Translations under genes and position numbers: made by a program | Source: Rhodothermales bacterium | GTDB taxonomy: Bacteria > Bacteroidota > Rhodothermia > Rhodothermales > JANQRZ01 | DNA: 64,000 nucleotides | Direction: 5' to 3' | NCBI GenBank assembly: GCA_028284265.1 | Contig: JANQRZ010000015.1 | Span: 16,808-80,807, forward strand | Notes under the pieces: generated by a model | Databases searched by the model: none | Told to the model about the DNA's origin: nothing | The model's input: the letters and a program-made list of their open reading frames with translations, nothing else | Part shown: positions 9,884 through 19,156 of the stretch, in pieces | Layout of the letters: every line of letters starts with the position of its first letter | Position numbering within the stretch: position 1 is the first letter of the stretch

Positions 9884-11467
9884 ATGAAAGAAACCGACGC
9901 TGCCGAGCGCACCACCTCTAGCGGCATCCCCGTCCAGCCCGTCTACGACCGTGCTGATCTGCCCGACGACTTGGACGACCGCCTCGGCGCGCCGGGCGAG
10001 GCTCCATTTACGCGCGGCGTCTATCCCGAGATGTACCGCCAACGCCTCTGGACTATGCGCCAGTACGCGGGCTTCTCGACCGCCGAAGAGTCCAACGCCC
10101 GCTACCACTATCTCCTCAGCCAAGGCGCGCGCGGATTGAGCGTTGCCTTCGACCTTCCGACGCAGATCGGGTACGACTCCGACGACGCCATGGCCGAGGG
10201 CGAGGTGGGCAAAGTCGGCGTGGCGATTGACTCGCTCGAAGACATGCAGCGGCTCTTCGACGGGATCACGCTCGAAGGGGTCACGACGAGTATGACGATC
10301 AACGCCACCGCGCCGGTGCTGCTCGCGCTCTACGTCGCGGTGGCGAAAGGACAGGGGGCCGACCTCAAGAAACTCGGCGGGACCATCCAGAACGATATCC
10401 TCAAGGAGTACGCCGCACGCGGGACGTACATCTACCCGCCGCGCCCGTCGATGCGCTTCATCACCGACGTGTTCGCGTGGTGCGCGAACGAAGTGCCGCG
10501 CTGGAATACGATCTCGATCTCGGGCTACCACATCCGTGAGGCCGGGAGTACGGCGGCGCAGGAGTTAGCCTTCACGCTCGCCAATGGCATCGCCTACGTC
10601 GAGGCAGCGCAGGCGGCGGGGCTGGACGTGGACGTGTTTGGCAAGCGGCTCTCGTTCTTCTTCAACGCGCACAACAACTTCTTCGAAGAGGTCGCCAAGT
10701 TTCGGGCGGCGCGGCACCTCTGGGCGCGCATCATGAAGGACCGCTTCGGGGCGACTGAGCCGAAGGCGATGATGTGCCGCTTCCACACCCAGACCGGTGG
10801 TTCGACGCTGACGGCGCAACAGCCGAAGAACAATATCCCCCGCGTCACGCTCCAAGCGCTCGCCGCCGTCCTCGGCGGGACGCAGAGCCTCCACACCAAC
10901 GGCTACGATGAAGCGCTGTCGCTCCCGACCGAAGAGGCCGCCGGGCTGGCCCTCCGCACCCAGCAGGTCATTGCCCACGAGTCCGGCGTCACCGACACCG
11001 TGGACCCGCTCGCAGGCTCGTTCTTCGTCGAAAGCCTCACCGCCGAGTTGGAGGCCGAGGCCGAGCGTCTGATCGAGAAGATCGACGAGATGGGCGGGGC
11101 AGTCGCCGCCATCGAGCAGGGGTTCTACCAAGACGAGATCGCGCAGGCAGCCTACGAGGCGCAGCTTGCCGTCGAGCGCGGCGAGCAGATCGTAGTCGGG
11201 GTCAACAAGTACGAGGAGGGCGATGTGGAAGTGCCGGAACTGCTGAAGATCGGCGACGAGATTCGAGACCGGCAGGCTGAACGTCTGGCCGCCCTCCGCA
11301 CCCGTCGCGACGAGGCCGCGTGGTCCGACGCCCTCAACCGGATCGAACGAGCCGCCCGCGCCGACGAGAACCTGATGCCGCACGTCCTCCACGCCGTCGA
11401 GCAGTGGGCGACGGTCGGCGAGATCTCGCACCGGCTCCGCTCGGTCTGGGGCGAGTACGGCGGGTAG
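9884..11467 (+). CDS. Methylmalonyl-CoA mutase family, substrate-binding large subunit without B12-binding domain
   Basis: [53 protein letters not shown]; ends TVGEI..LR.VWGEY with no DxHxxG domain. Confidence 0.92.
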   Translation: MKETDAAERTTSSGIPVQPVYDRADLPDDLDDRLGAPGEAPFTRGVYPEMYRQRLWTMRQYAGFSTAEESNARYHYLLSQGARGLSVAFDLPTQIGYDSDDAMAEGEVGKVGVAIDSLEDMQRLFDGITLEGVTTSMTINATAPVLLALYVAVAKGQGADLKKLGGTIQNDILKEYAARGTYIYPPRPSMRFITDVFAWCANEVPRWNTISISGYHIREAGSTAAQELAFTLANGIAYVEAAQAAGLDVDVFGKRLSFFFNAHNNFFEEVAKFRAARHLWARIMKDRFGATEPKAMMCRFHTQTGGSTLTAQQPKNNIPRVTLQALAAVLGGTQSLHTNGYDEALSLPTEEAAGLALRTQQVIAHESGVTDTVDPLAGSFFVESLTAELEAEAERLIEKIDEMGGAVAAIEQGFYQDEIAQAAYEAQLAVERGEQIVVGVNKYEEGDVEVPELLKIGDEIRDRQAERLAALRTRRDEAAWSDALNRIERAARADENLMPHVLHAVEQWATVGEISHRLRSVWGEYGG

Positions 11468-11562
11468 CGTGAAGGCACGACGGTGGTCCGGCGAACTCTG
11501 CGTGAGCGCGACACCTACGCGGGCACGAGACGTAGCATGGTAGCCACCAATCCGCTGCCGCC

Positions 11563-12027
11563 ATGTCGCCTCTCGCCCGTCGCTTCGACACTATTGACAC
11601 CCGCATCGCTGCCTTCATGACGCGCCACGGAGTACGGGCGCTTCGGTGGGCCATCGGGATCGTATTCGTCTGGTTCGGGGCGCTGAAGCTTTTTCCGGGG
11701 ATGAGTCCCGCCGAGGCACTGGTCAAGCAGACAGTCTATTTCTTCGATCCGGCGTGGTTCTTCCCGGTGCTCGGCGTGTGGGAGGTGCTGATCGGCCTGT
11801 TCCTCCTCATCCGCCCGCTGGTTCGGGTGGCGATTTTCCTGCTCGCGCTGCAGATGCCGGGGACGTTCTTGCCGCTCGTGCTGCTGCCCGAGGTCTGCTT
11901 CACGGCGTTCCCGTTCGGATTGACGCTGGAGGGGCAGTACATCATCAAGAACCTCGTCATCATCGCCGCTGCGCTCGTCGTCGGCGGGACGGTGCGGATG
12001 CGGCAGACGCCCGAGCAGCGAATCTAG
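11563..12027 (+). CDS. DoxX/DUF417-like membrane protein
   Basis: LRWAIGIVFVWFGALKLF, GVWEVLIG, GQYIIKNLV. Confidence 0.8.
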   Translation: MSPLARRFDTIDTRIAAFMTRHGVRALRWAIGIVFVWFGALKLFPGMSPAEALVKQTVYFFDPAWFFPVLGVWEVLIGLFLLIRPLVRVAIFLLALQMPGTFLPLVLLPEVCFTAFPFGLTLEGQYIIKNLVIIAAALVVGGTVRMRQTPEQRI

Positions 12028-12578
12028 TCGGTTGTCTTGCACTGAGCGATGAGGCCGAACGCCGCAATGCCTGCCGCGACGGCGACGTTGAGCGAGTGCT
12101 TCGCGCCGTACTGCGGTATTTCGAGCGCGAGGTCGCAGCGGTCGAGGATATCCTGTTGCACCCCTTTGACCTCGTTGCCGAGGACGACCGCGAGGGGAAA
12201 CTCTGCCGGGGTGATTGCTCCGATCTCAGTCGGTGTGTCGGTTTGTTCGAGGGCAGCAAGGGTGAAGCTGTCGGCGCGGAGTCGGTCGAGCAGCGCCAGC
12301 GGATCGGGGGCGTGTGACCATGGGACAGTATGTTCGGCTCCGAGGGCGGTTTTGGCAACCCGAATGTGATCGGGTGTCGGCGTGTAGCCCGTGACGTAGA
12401 CGTGCGCGAGGCGGGCCGCGTCGGCAGTGCGAAGGATCGAGCCGACGTTGTAAGCTGAGCGGATGTTGTCGAGCACAACCGCGACAGGGTGGCGGGGTAG
12501 CGCCAGGAGCGTTTCGGGCGAGGGGCGGTCGAGTTCGTCGGGGCGGAGTTTTCTCACGATGAGGCGTAGCGTAGGCAC
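12024..12578 (-). CDS. SpoU/TrmH family RNA methyltransferase
   Basis: LDNIRSAYNVGSILRTADA, VLGNEVKGV, IPQYGAKHSLNVAVA. Confidence 0.92.
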   Translation of the reverse strand: MPTLRLIVRKLRPDELDRPSPETLLALPRHPVAVVLDNIRSAYNVGSILRTADAARLAHVYVTGYTPTPDHIRVAKTALGAEHTVPWSHAPDPLALLDRLRADSFTLAALEQTDTPTEIGAITPAEFPLAVVLGNEVKGVQQDILDRCDLALEIPQYGAKHSLNVAVAAGIAAFGLIAQCKTTD

Positions 12579-12652
12579 GGCAGGGCGGTTGGATGATACC
12601 TTACCGGCGTGTATCTCATCTCACCTCCTCCACAACCTCATCGATTCCTGCC

Positions 12653-13249
12653 ATGCACCGCATCCACCACGCCGCTTCGACCCTCGTCCTTATTCTGCTA
12701 CTCATCCCATTCCTCGCCTCATGTGCGGCGCTGCAGGAGATCGCCAACCTTCGCAATGTGGACTTCGCCATCGATGGCGTGACCGACACCAACCTCGCCG
12801 GAGTGGACGTCCAGAGCCTACAGGGATATGACGACCTCAACGCTTTGGAGATCGGTCGTCTCGGTGTGGCGCTGGCGCGCGGCGAGATGCCGCTCTCGTT
12901 CACGCTCAACCTCGGTGCGAGCAACCCGGAGACGAACTCCGTCAATGCCCGCCTCGTGCAACTTGACTGGACGCTGCTCCTTGATGACACCGAGACCATC
13001 AACGGCATTTTCAACGACGAGCGCGTGATCCCGCCCGGTGCCGACGTGCTGATCCCGATCTCGATGGAGCTGGACCTAATCCAGTTCTTCGGGCGCAACC
13101 TCGAAGACATCGTAAACCTCGCCGCCGCGATTGCCGGGCAGGGCTCGTCCGAGATCGCCCTCCGCGCTCGCCCGACGGTCACGACGCCCATCGGCCCGAT
13201 TACCTACCCATCGGAGATCACCATTGTGAGCCAGCAAGTCGGAAACTGA
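12653..13249 (+). CDS. Lipoprotein with LEA_2/WHy-like domain
   Basis: Lipobox LASC; ASNPETNSVNA..LDWTLLLD (N-P-N WHy-like motif). Confidence 0.7.
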   Translation: MHRIHHAASTLVLILLLIPFLASCAALQEIANLRNVDFAIDGVTDTNLAGVDVQSLQGYDDLNALEIGRLGVALARGEMPLSFTLNLGASNPETNSVNARLVQLDWTLLLDDTETINGIFNDERVIPPGADVLIPISMELDLIQFFGRNLEDIVNLAAAIAGQGSSEIALRARPTVTTPIGPITYPSEITIVSQQVGN

Positions 13250-13448
13250 GTCGTGTGCGGGGAACGCCGTTCAAGCAAGGGATGGTAGCTCGCATGGTGT
13301 AGCGGGTCAGGTCTCTTCGGAGGGCTGCCCCGTATTCGTTTCAGGCCAAGCGGGCTGTGCCGTGAATAGGCCGTTAACGCTTGGAGGGAACAATAGGTGG
13401 ACGTATTTTGCCAATTCTGTCCTGTCCCCATCCATCCTCTAGCCTCGC

Positions 13449-14189
13449 GTGATCGTAGCCATCGACGGTCCAGCCGGTTCCGGCAAGAGCACTACTGCGC
13501 GTCGCGTCGCCGACGCGGTGGGATGGCTGTATCTCGACACCGGGGCCATGTACCGCACCGTCGCCCTCGCGTTCCTCGATCGGGGGATCGCATTCACGGA
13601 CGAAGCCGCTGATGGCCTGCTGTCCTCGCTCAACCTCGATCTCCGGATGGGGTTGGACGGGCTGCAGGTCATGCTCGACGGTCAGGACGTCACAGACCGC
13701 ATCCGCACACCCGAGGCCACCGAAGCGGCCAGTCGGGTTAGCACCCTGCCGTCGGTTCGTCACCGCCTCGTTGAGGAGCAGCGCCGCATGGCGCGCCAGC
13801 AGACGGCGGACGGACTGGGCGTTGTGATGGAAGGCCGGGACATCGGCACGGTTGTCTTTCCCGACGCCGACGTAAAAGTGTACATGGTCGCCAACCCGGA
13901 GGCGCGCGCCGAGCGCCGCCACCGCGAACTGACCGACCAAGGCAAAACGGTGTCGCTCGATGCCGTCGCCGAAGACATCGCTGAGCGCGACGCCCGCGAC
14001 GCCACGCGCGCGGTCTCCCCGCTCCGGCAGGCCGAAGACGCCGTCGTTCTCGACACGACGGGCCTCGACATCAGCGATCAGGTCGAGCGCGTCGTCGAAC
14101 TCATCCGCGCGCGGCTTCGCGAACGCGACGCTGCCACGCCTGTGAAATCAGACTCTGCCGCTCCGGCGGCCCATTCTCCATCTTCCTAA
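13449..14189 (+). CDS. cmk: Cytidylate kinase
   Basis: IDGPAGSGKST, YLDTGAMYR, EGRDIGTVVFPDA, RDARD; canonical cmk-rpsA order. Confidence 0.96.
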   Translation: MIVAIDGPAGSGKSTTARRVADAVGWLYLDTGAMYRTVALAFLDRGIAFTDEAADGLLSSLNLDLRMGLDGLQVMLDGQDVTDRIRTPEATEAASRVSTLPSVRHRLVEEQRRMARQQTADGLGVVMEGRDIGTVVFPDADVKVYMVANPEARAERRHRELTDQGKTVSLDAVAEDIAERDARDATRAVSPLRQAEDAVVLDTTGLDISDQVERVVELIRARLRERDAATPVKSDSAAPAAHSPSS

Positions 14190-14310
14190 AGAAGCCCGGA
14201 TGATGAGCGTACGAGACGCTCGTCCCTCGGGGAATCCTCAACCAAAACCCACGCAATCGGCTACCTCTCGACCGCCTCCTGCGGAGTGGCCGTGCCCTAT
14301 CACCAATCAC

Positions 14311-16680
14311 ATGGCCGAAGAGCTGGACACCAAGAACCCGAACGAAGAACAGGACGCGACTGCCGAGCAGGACGCCCCGATCACCGACGAGGCAACGCCC
14401 ACCGAACCCGAGACAGTCGAAGAAACCGCTGCCGAGGAAGCCACCGAGGCTGTCGAAGCCGTCGCTGAGGAAGCAGAAGACGTCGCGGAGGAGGCCAAGA
14501 GCCTTCTCGATGAGGCTGTCGATACGGTCAAGGAGACCGCCTCGGACGCGGTCGAAGCCGTCGCCGACGCCTCCGAACCCGTCATTGAGCGCATCACGGG
14601 CAGCACCGAAGCGGTCGATCCCGAGGCCCCCGTGGCCGTCGAGAGCGCCGACGACCTCTCGCCTGATGCCGGACGCTTCGGTTACACCGGCGAGATTCAA
14701 GGCAAGGTCATCTCGCTTGCTGACCTCGAAGAATACGAGAACCGCGTCGACCCCGACGAGCCGGAGGTCAAGGACGAGGCGCTCATGGAGCTCTACGAGA
14801 AGTCGATGACCTCCGTCACCGAGGGCGAGATCGTCCACGGGCGCGTCGCGTCCATCGGCGAGAAGGAGATCGTGATCGACATTGGGTTCAAGAGCGATGG
14901 CATCGTCTCGCGCAACGAGTTCGACGACACGCTCGAAGTCGGCGAGGAAGTGGATGTCTTCCTTGAGCGGCTCGAAGACCGCCACGGCCAGCTTATCCTT
15001 TCCAAGCTCAAGGCCGACGACCTCCGCCGCTGGCAGACCATCGAAGAGGCCCACGAGAACGAGGGCATCATCGAGGGCACGATTATCCGCCGCATCAAGG
15101 GCGGTATGATCGTGGACCTGCTCGGGGCCGAAGCCTTCCTGCCGGGGTCGCAGATCGATGTCCGCCCGGTGCGCGACTTCGACGCCTACCTCGAGAAGAC
15201 GATGGAGTTCAAGGTCGTCAAGCTCAACCCGGCCAACGGCAACGTCGTCGTCAGTCACAAGGCGCTCATCGAGAAGGACCTCGAAGCGCAGCGCGACAAG
15301 ATCCTCGACACGATGGAGGTTGGTCAGGTGCTGCAGGGTCAGGTCAAGAACATCGTCGACTTCGGTGTCTTCATCGACCTCGGCGGCGTGGACGGCCTGC
15401 TCCACATCACCGACCTCTCGTGGGGCCGCGTCGGCCACCCGAGCGAAGTCGTCGAACTCGACCAGGAGCTTAACGTGGTCGTGCTCAACTACGAGAAGGA
15501 GCGCCAGCGCATCTCGCTCGGCCTCAAGCAGCTTCAACCGCACCCGTGGGAGAACATCGAGGAGCGCTTCGGCGAGGGCAAGACCGTCCAAGGCCGCGTC
15601 GTCTCGATCACCGATTACGGTGCGTTCGTCGAGCTTGAGAAGGGGATCGAGGGCCTCGTCCACATCTCCGAGATGAGCTACACCGAGCACATCAAGCATC
15701 CCACCCAGAAGGTGCAACTCGGCCAGATGGTCGATGTCAAGATTCTCAACATCGACCAAGACGATAAGAAGATCTCGCTCGGTATGAAGCAGCTCGAAGC
15801 CGACCCGTGGGAAGGCATCCTCGAGCGCGTCTCGGTGGGCCAGACGGCGATGGGCATCGTGCGCAACATCACGAGCTTCGGAGCCTTCGTCGAGATCGAG
15901 CCGGGCATCGACGGGCTGGTGCACGTCTCGGACCTCTCGTGGACGAAGCGCATCAAGCACCCGTCGGAGGTGGTCAAGAAGGGGCAGGAACTGGAAGTGC
16001 AGGTGCTCGACATCGACGTGGCGCAGCGCCGCCTCTCGCTCGGGCACAAGCAGGTCCAGACCGATCCGTGGCAGCAGTACGCCACGGCCTACGCCGAGGA
16101 CACGGACACGACAGCGACCGTCACCGAGGTGATGAGCGACGGCCTGCAGATCGAGCTTCCGCTCGAAGCTTCGGGCTTCGTCCCGGCCAGCCATCTTGAG
16201 CGCACCGGCTCTCCTGAGGAGGCCTATGCGGTCGGCGACACGCTGGAGCTTCGCGTGATCCGGCTCGACCGGAACAGCCGCGATATCATCCTCTCGGAGA
16301 CCGCCCGGCGCATGGCCGCCGAGCGCGCTGAGAAAAACCAAGAGCGTGCTGAGAAGGCCGCCGAGCGCCGCGAAGAGCAGCGCGCCGTGCGCGACTTCCA
16401 GTCGCAGTCGCGCGGCCCGGCCACCATCGGTGAGCTGAGCGGCCTCGAAGCCCTCAAGGCCAAGATGGAGGCGCAGGAAGAAGAAGCGGAGGCGGCAGAA
16501 GCCGAAGCAGAAGTCGAGGTCACGCCCGAGAACGCCAGCGCGGACACCGACGCGGCGATGGTCGAGGGTGAGGCGGGTGAGACGCCTGAGATGATGGAGC
16601 AGCCTGCTGATGAAGCGGTTGCCGATCAAGCAGAGGAAGAGGCGGAAGAAGAACCTGCCGAAGAGGAGAAGGAAGGCTAG
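14311..16680 (+). CDS. rpsA: 30S ribosomal protein S1 with long acidic N- and C-terminal extensions
   Basis: S1 repeats (DIGFKSDG, FLPGSQID, DGLLHITDLSW, EGLVHISEMS, DGLVHVSDLSW); ATG at 14311. Confidence 0.96.
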   Translation: MAEELDTKNPNEEQDATAEQDAPITDEATPTEPETVEETAAEEATEAVEAVAEEAEDVAEEAKSLLDEAVDTVKETASDAVEAVADASEPVIERITGSTEAVDPEAPVAVESADDLSPDAGRFGYTGEIQGKVISLADLEEYENRVDPDEPEVKDEALMELYEKSMTSVTEGEIVHGRVASIGEKEIVIDIGFKSDGIVSRNEFDDTLEVGEEVDVFLERLEDRHGQLILSKLKADDLRRWQTIEEAHENEGIIEGTIIRRIKGGMIVDLLGAEAFLPGSQIDVRPVRDFDAYLEKTMEFKVVKLNPANGNVVVSHKALIEKDLEAQRDKILDTMEVGQVLQGQVKNIVDFGVFIDLGGVDGLLHITDLSWGRVGHPSEVVELDQELNVVVLNYEKERQRISLGLKQLQPHPWENIEERFGEGKTVQGRVVSITDYGAFVELEKGIEGLVHISEMSYTEHIKHPTQKVQLGQMVDVKILNIDQDDKKISLGMKQLEADPWEGILERVSVGQTAMGIVRNITSFGAFVEIEPGIDGLVHVSDLSWTKRIKHPSEVVKKGQELEVQVLDIDVAQRRLSLGHKQVQTDPWQQYATAYAEDTDTTATVTEVMSDGLQIELPLEASGFVPASHLERTGSPEEAYAVGDTLELRVIRLDRNSRDIILSETARRMAAERAEKNQERAEKAAERREEQRAVRDFQSQSRGPATIGELSGLEALKAKMEAQEEEAEAAEAEAEVEVTPENASADTDAAMVEGEAGETPEMMEQPADEAVADQAEEEAEEEPAEEEKEG

Positions 16681-16706
16681 ACCTCTTCTCGGTCAGTAGC
16701 ACACAC

Positions 16707-16747
16707 GGGGCGGCGATCCAAAGCGGATCGCCGCCCTTTTTGTTTTT
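16707..16747 (+). terminator. Intrinsic terminator after rpsA
   Basis: GGGCGGCGATCC-aaagc-GGATCGCCGCCC followed by a T tract. Confidence 0.9.
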
Positions 16748-16865
16748 CTCGTTGGCTGGTTTGGGAGTGGCCGCCTCTTTCGCGTCTCGTCAGATGAAGG
16801 CCCCACGCGGCCTCCCCAAACCAACACTGCATCTACCTACCAACGAAACACTACTCTACTCCGTC

Positions 16866-17612
16866 ATGACACACACACACACACGAAAGCAGCGACCGCT
16901 TCAGGTCTTCCTCGTCTTTGGCCTCCTGCTGATGCTCGGCCTGAGCACTAACCGCGCCGACGCTCAGGACCTAAGTCTCGACCTCGCGTTTATGACCCAC
17001 CTCGATATGGAACTGCCCGAGCAGGACGTCTACATCGAGCGCGAGCCGGGTAGCGGCACCGTCTACCGCGTCACACCCGGCGATCATAACATGAACGCCC
17101 CGCTCTATGCCACTGCCGAAGGCGTACCGCACGACCCGTTCAATCCCGATGCCATCGGACCCTACGCGAAGGGCCAGCCGCTCGGTATGACCCTCGGCGA
17201 GTGGCTTCGTCACAGCGGGACCGGCACATATAGCTGCCAGAATAGGACCGGCACGCTCGATCTCAGCTTCTCGGGCCTTGTCCCGAACGGGGTCTACACG
17301 ATGTGGCACGCTTTCATGGCAATCCCGCCGCCCGTCCCGTTCACCGGCACGCTGGACTTGCCGCTCGGCGCGCGCGATGGCTCGGAGAGCGTCTTCACGG
17401 CCAGCGCGGACGGCACAGCGCAGTTTGAGCACACGTTCCAGCCCTGCCTCCAGATGTCGGATACGTGGACGACCTCCATGCTGGCGATCAACTACCACAG
17501 CGACGGCCTGACCTACGGCGGGCACCCCGGCTCGTTCGGCGATGTCGCCCACATCCCGCTGTTCGTGATGTTGCCGCTGCGCGACGGCGTGGACCAGACC
17601 GCGAGCAACTAA
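16866..17612 (+). CDS. Secreted hypothetical protein, His/Met/Cys-containing
   Basis: Signal peptide ending ADA-Q; GLVPNGVYTMWHAFM and NYHSDGLTYGGHPG; directly upstream of the di-heme peroxidase. Confidence 0.75.
   Translation: MTHTHTRKQRPLQVFLVFGLLLMLGLSTNRADAQDLSLDLAFMTHLDMELPEQDVYIEREPGSGTVYRVTPGDHNMNAPLYATAEGVPHDPFNPDAIGPYAKGQPLGMTLGEWLRHSGTGTYSCQNRTGTLDLSFSGLVPNGVYTMWHAFMAIPPPVPFTGTLDLPLGARDGSESVFTASADGTAQFEHTFQPCLQMSDTWTTSMLAINYHSDGLTYGGHPGSFGDVAHIPLFVMLPLRDGVDQTASN
16869..16884 (+). repeat. (AC)8 microsatellite immediately after the ATG
   Basis: atg acacacacacacacac gaaag. Confidence 0.85.
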
Positions 17613-17688
17613 AGCATCGGCGGGGGAGGTCGCCTGCACGGCGGCCTCCCTGTCTGCTCTGCCTCTTCTCTTGAGTACCTCTGTCGCC

Positions 17689-19149
17689 ATGAAAACGCTC
17701 CTCGCTCTCTTCGCTCTGCTCATTGTCCTAGCAATGCGGCCTGATCCGTTCTGGAACGCCCTCCCGGCTCCCGTGACCGACGCTGACTACTACGATGACG
17801 GCACTCCGTTGCCGGACAAAGTGGAGCTTGGCCGGATGTTGTTCTTCGACAAGGTGCTCAGCGGCAACCAGAATATCTCGTGTGCAACGTGCCACCACCC
17901 TGACTTTGCCGGAGGCGATGGCGTAGCGCTCGGCTTTGGCGAGGGGCCACGCGGACTCGGCCCGAACCGTCGCGCTGGCGTGTCGTCCTATGAGGCTGTC
18001 CATGAGCGGGTGCCGCGCAACGCTCCGGCACTCTTTAACCTCGGTGCCCGTGAGTTCACGCGATTGTTCCACGACGGGCGCGTTGAGGTAGATACCGCCG
18101 GGTACTACGAGGGCGGCTTCATCACGCCTGCCCGCTGGAAATTCCCGACGGGTCTTGACAATGCCCTCGCCGCGCAGTCGCTCTTCCCCGGCACCTCGCC
18201 GACTGAGATGACCGGGCAGCGTGGGGAGAATCCGCTCGCCGAGGCGCGGGCGCTCAACAACGTAGCCGGGCCGGGTGGTGTCTGGGACCAACTCGCTGGG
18301 CGATTGCGGGCTATTCCTGCCTACGTCGAACTGTTCGAGGCCGCCTTTCCCGAGGAAGTCGCTGGGGCCGACGATATCACGATGGTCCTTGCCGCCAACG
18401 CCATCGCCGCCTTTGAGGCGACAGCCTTCCGCGCCGACAATAGCCCGTTCGACCAGTACCTCCGCACGGGCGAGGGGCTGAACACTGAGGCCGAGCGGGG
18501 CGCGCGCCTGTTCTACGGCTCGGCAGAGTGCAACACCTGCCACAGCGGGCCTTTCCAGACCGACCATGAGTTCCACGCCATCGCCATGCCGCAGATTGGT
18601 CCCGGCAAGTCAGATGGCTCGGACGACTCCTACTGGCGGGCGACGGGCCTCAGGGCGTTCCCTGAAGACTTCGGACGAGGCCGCGTGACGCGGCGCGACG
18701 AAGACCTCTACACCTTCCGCACGCCCTCGCTCCGCAACGTGGCGCTGACCGCGCCCTATGGGCACAGCGGGGCTTATGCCTCACTCGAAGCGGTCGTCCG
18801 CCACCACCTCGACCCCGTCGCCTCGCTCGATGTCTACGAGGTGCCCGAGGGGCTGCTCGCTCCGGTGGGGGAAGTGCTGGAGACGACCGCCCAAGGGCCG
18901 AAGCTCGAAACACGCGCCCTTAGCCCGGAGCGCCGCGAGGCCTTCCTCGAGCGCGACACATGGGTACAGCGGCAGCCCGAACTGCGTGCCCGCATCGCCG
19001 CCGCCAACGAGCTAGAACCGAATGCTCTCTCCGACGCCCAAGTAGACGACCTGCTGGCCTTCCTCGAAAGCCTCACCGACCCGGCCTCGAAAGACCTGAG
19101 CGGTCTCATCCCTGAGACCGTGCCAAGTGGCCTGCCGGTCGTGGACTGA
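17689..19149 (+). CDS. Di-heme cytochrome c peroxidase superfamily protein (MauG/CCP type)
   Basis: LGRMLFFDKVLSGN..SCATCH, RNAPALFN, second heme CNTCH, FRTPSLRNVALTAPYGHSG, LLAFLESLTD. Confidence 0.9.
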   Translation: MKTLLALFALLIVLAMRPDPFWNALPAPVTDADYYDDGTPLPDKVELGRMLFFDKVLSGNQNISCATCHHPDFAGGDGVALGFGEGPRGLGPNRRAGVSSYEAVHERVPRNAPALFNLGAREFTRLFHDGRVEVDTAGYYEGGFITPARWKFPTGLDNALAAQSLFPGTSPTEMTGQRGENPLAEARALNNVAGPGGVWDQLAGRLRAIPAYVELFEAAFPEEVAGADDITMVLAANAIAAFEATAFRADNSPFDQYLRTGEGLNTEAERGARLFYGSAECNTCHSGPFQTDHEFHAIAMPQIGPGKSDGSDDSYWRATGLRAFPEDFGRGRVTRRDEDLYTFRTPSLRNVALTAPYGHSGAYASLEAVVRHHLDPVASLDVYEVPEGLLAPVGEVLETTAQGPKLETRALSPERREAFLERDTWVQRQPELRARIAAANELEPNALSDAQVDDLLAFLESLTDPASKDLSGLIPETVPSGLPVVD

Positions 19150-19156
19150 CAGCGAC

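Noticed and set aside
9884-11467. Truncated mutase pseudogene or novel-specificity mutase
   Set aside because: Split mutases with a separate B12-binding subunit are common, and RQYAGF (Tyr) and KEY..RG (Arg) match methylmalonyl-CoA specificity.
13290-13335. SRP RNA
   Set aside because: Has TCAGGTC but lacks the GGAA tetraloop and AGCAG of SRP domain IV.
14101-16629. 842-aa minus-strand ORF
   Set aside because: Antisense to rpsA; a typical high-GC shadow frame. The same applies to 22548-24065, 40040-41584, 26830-27948 and similar ORFs.
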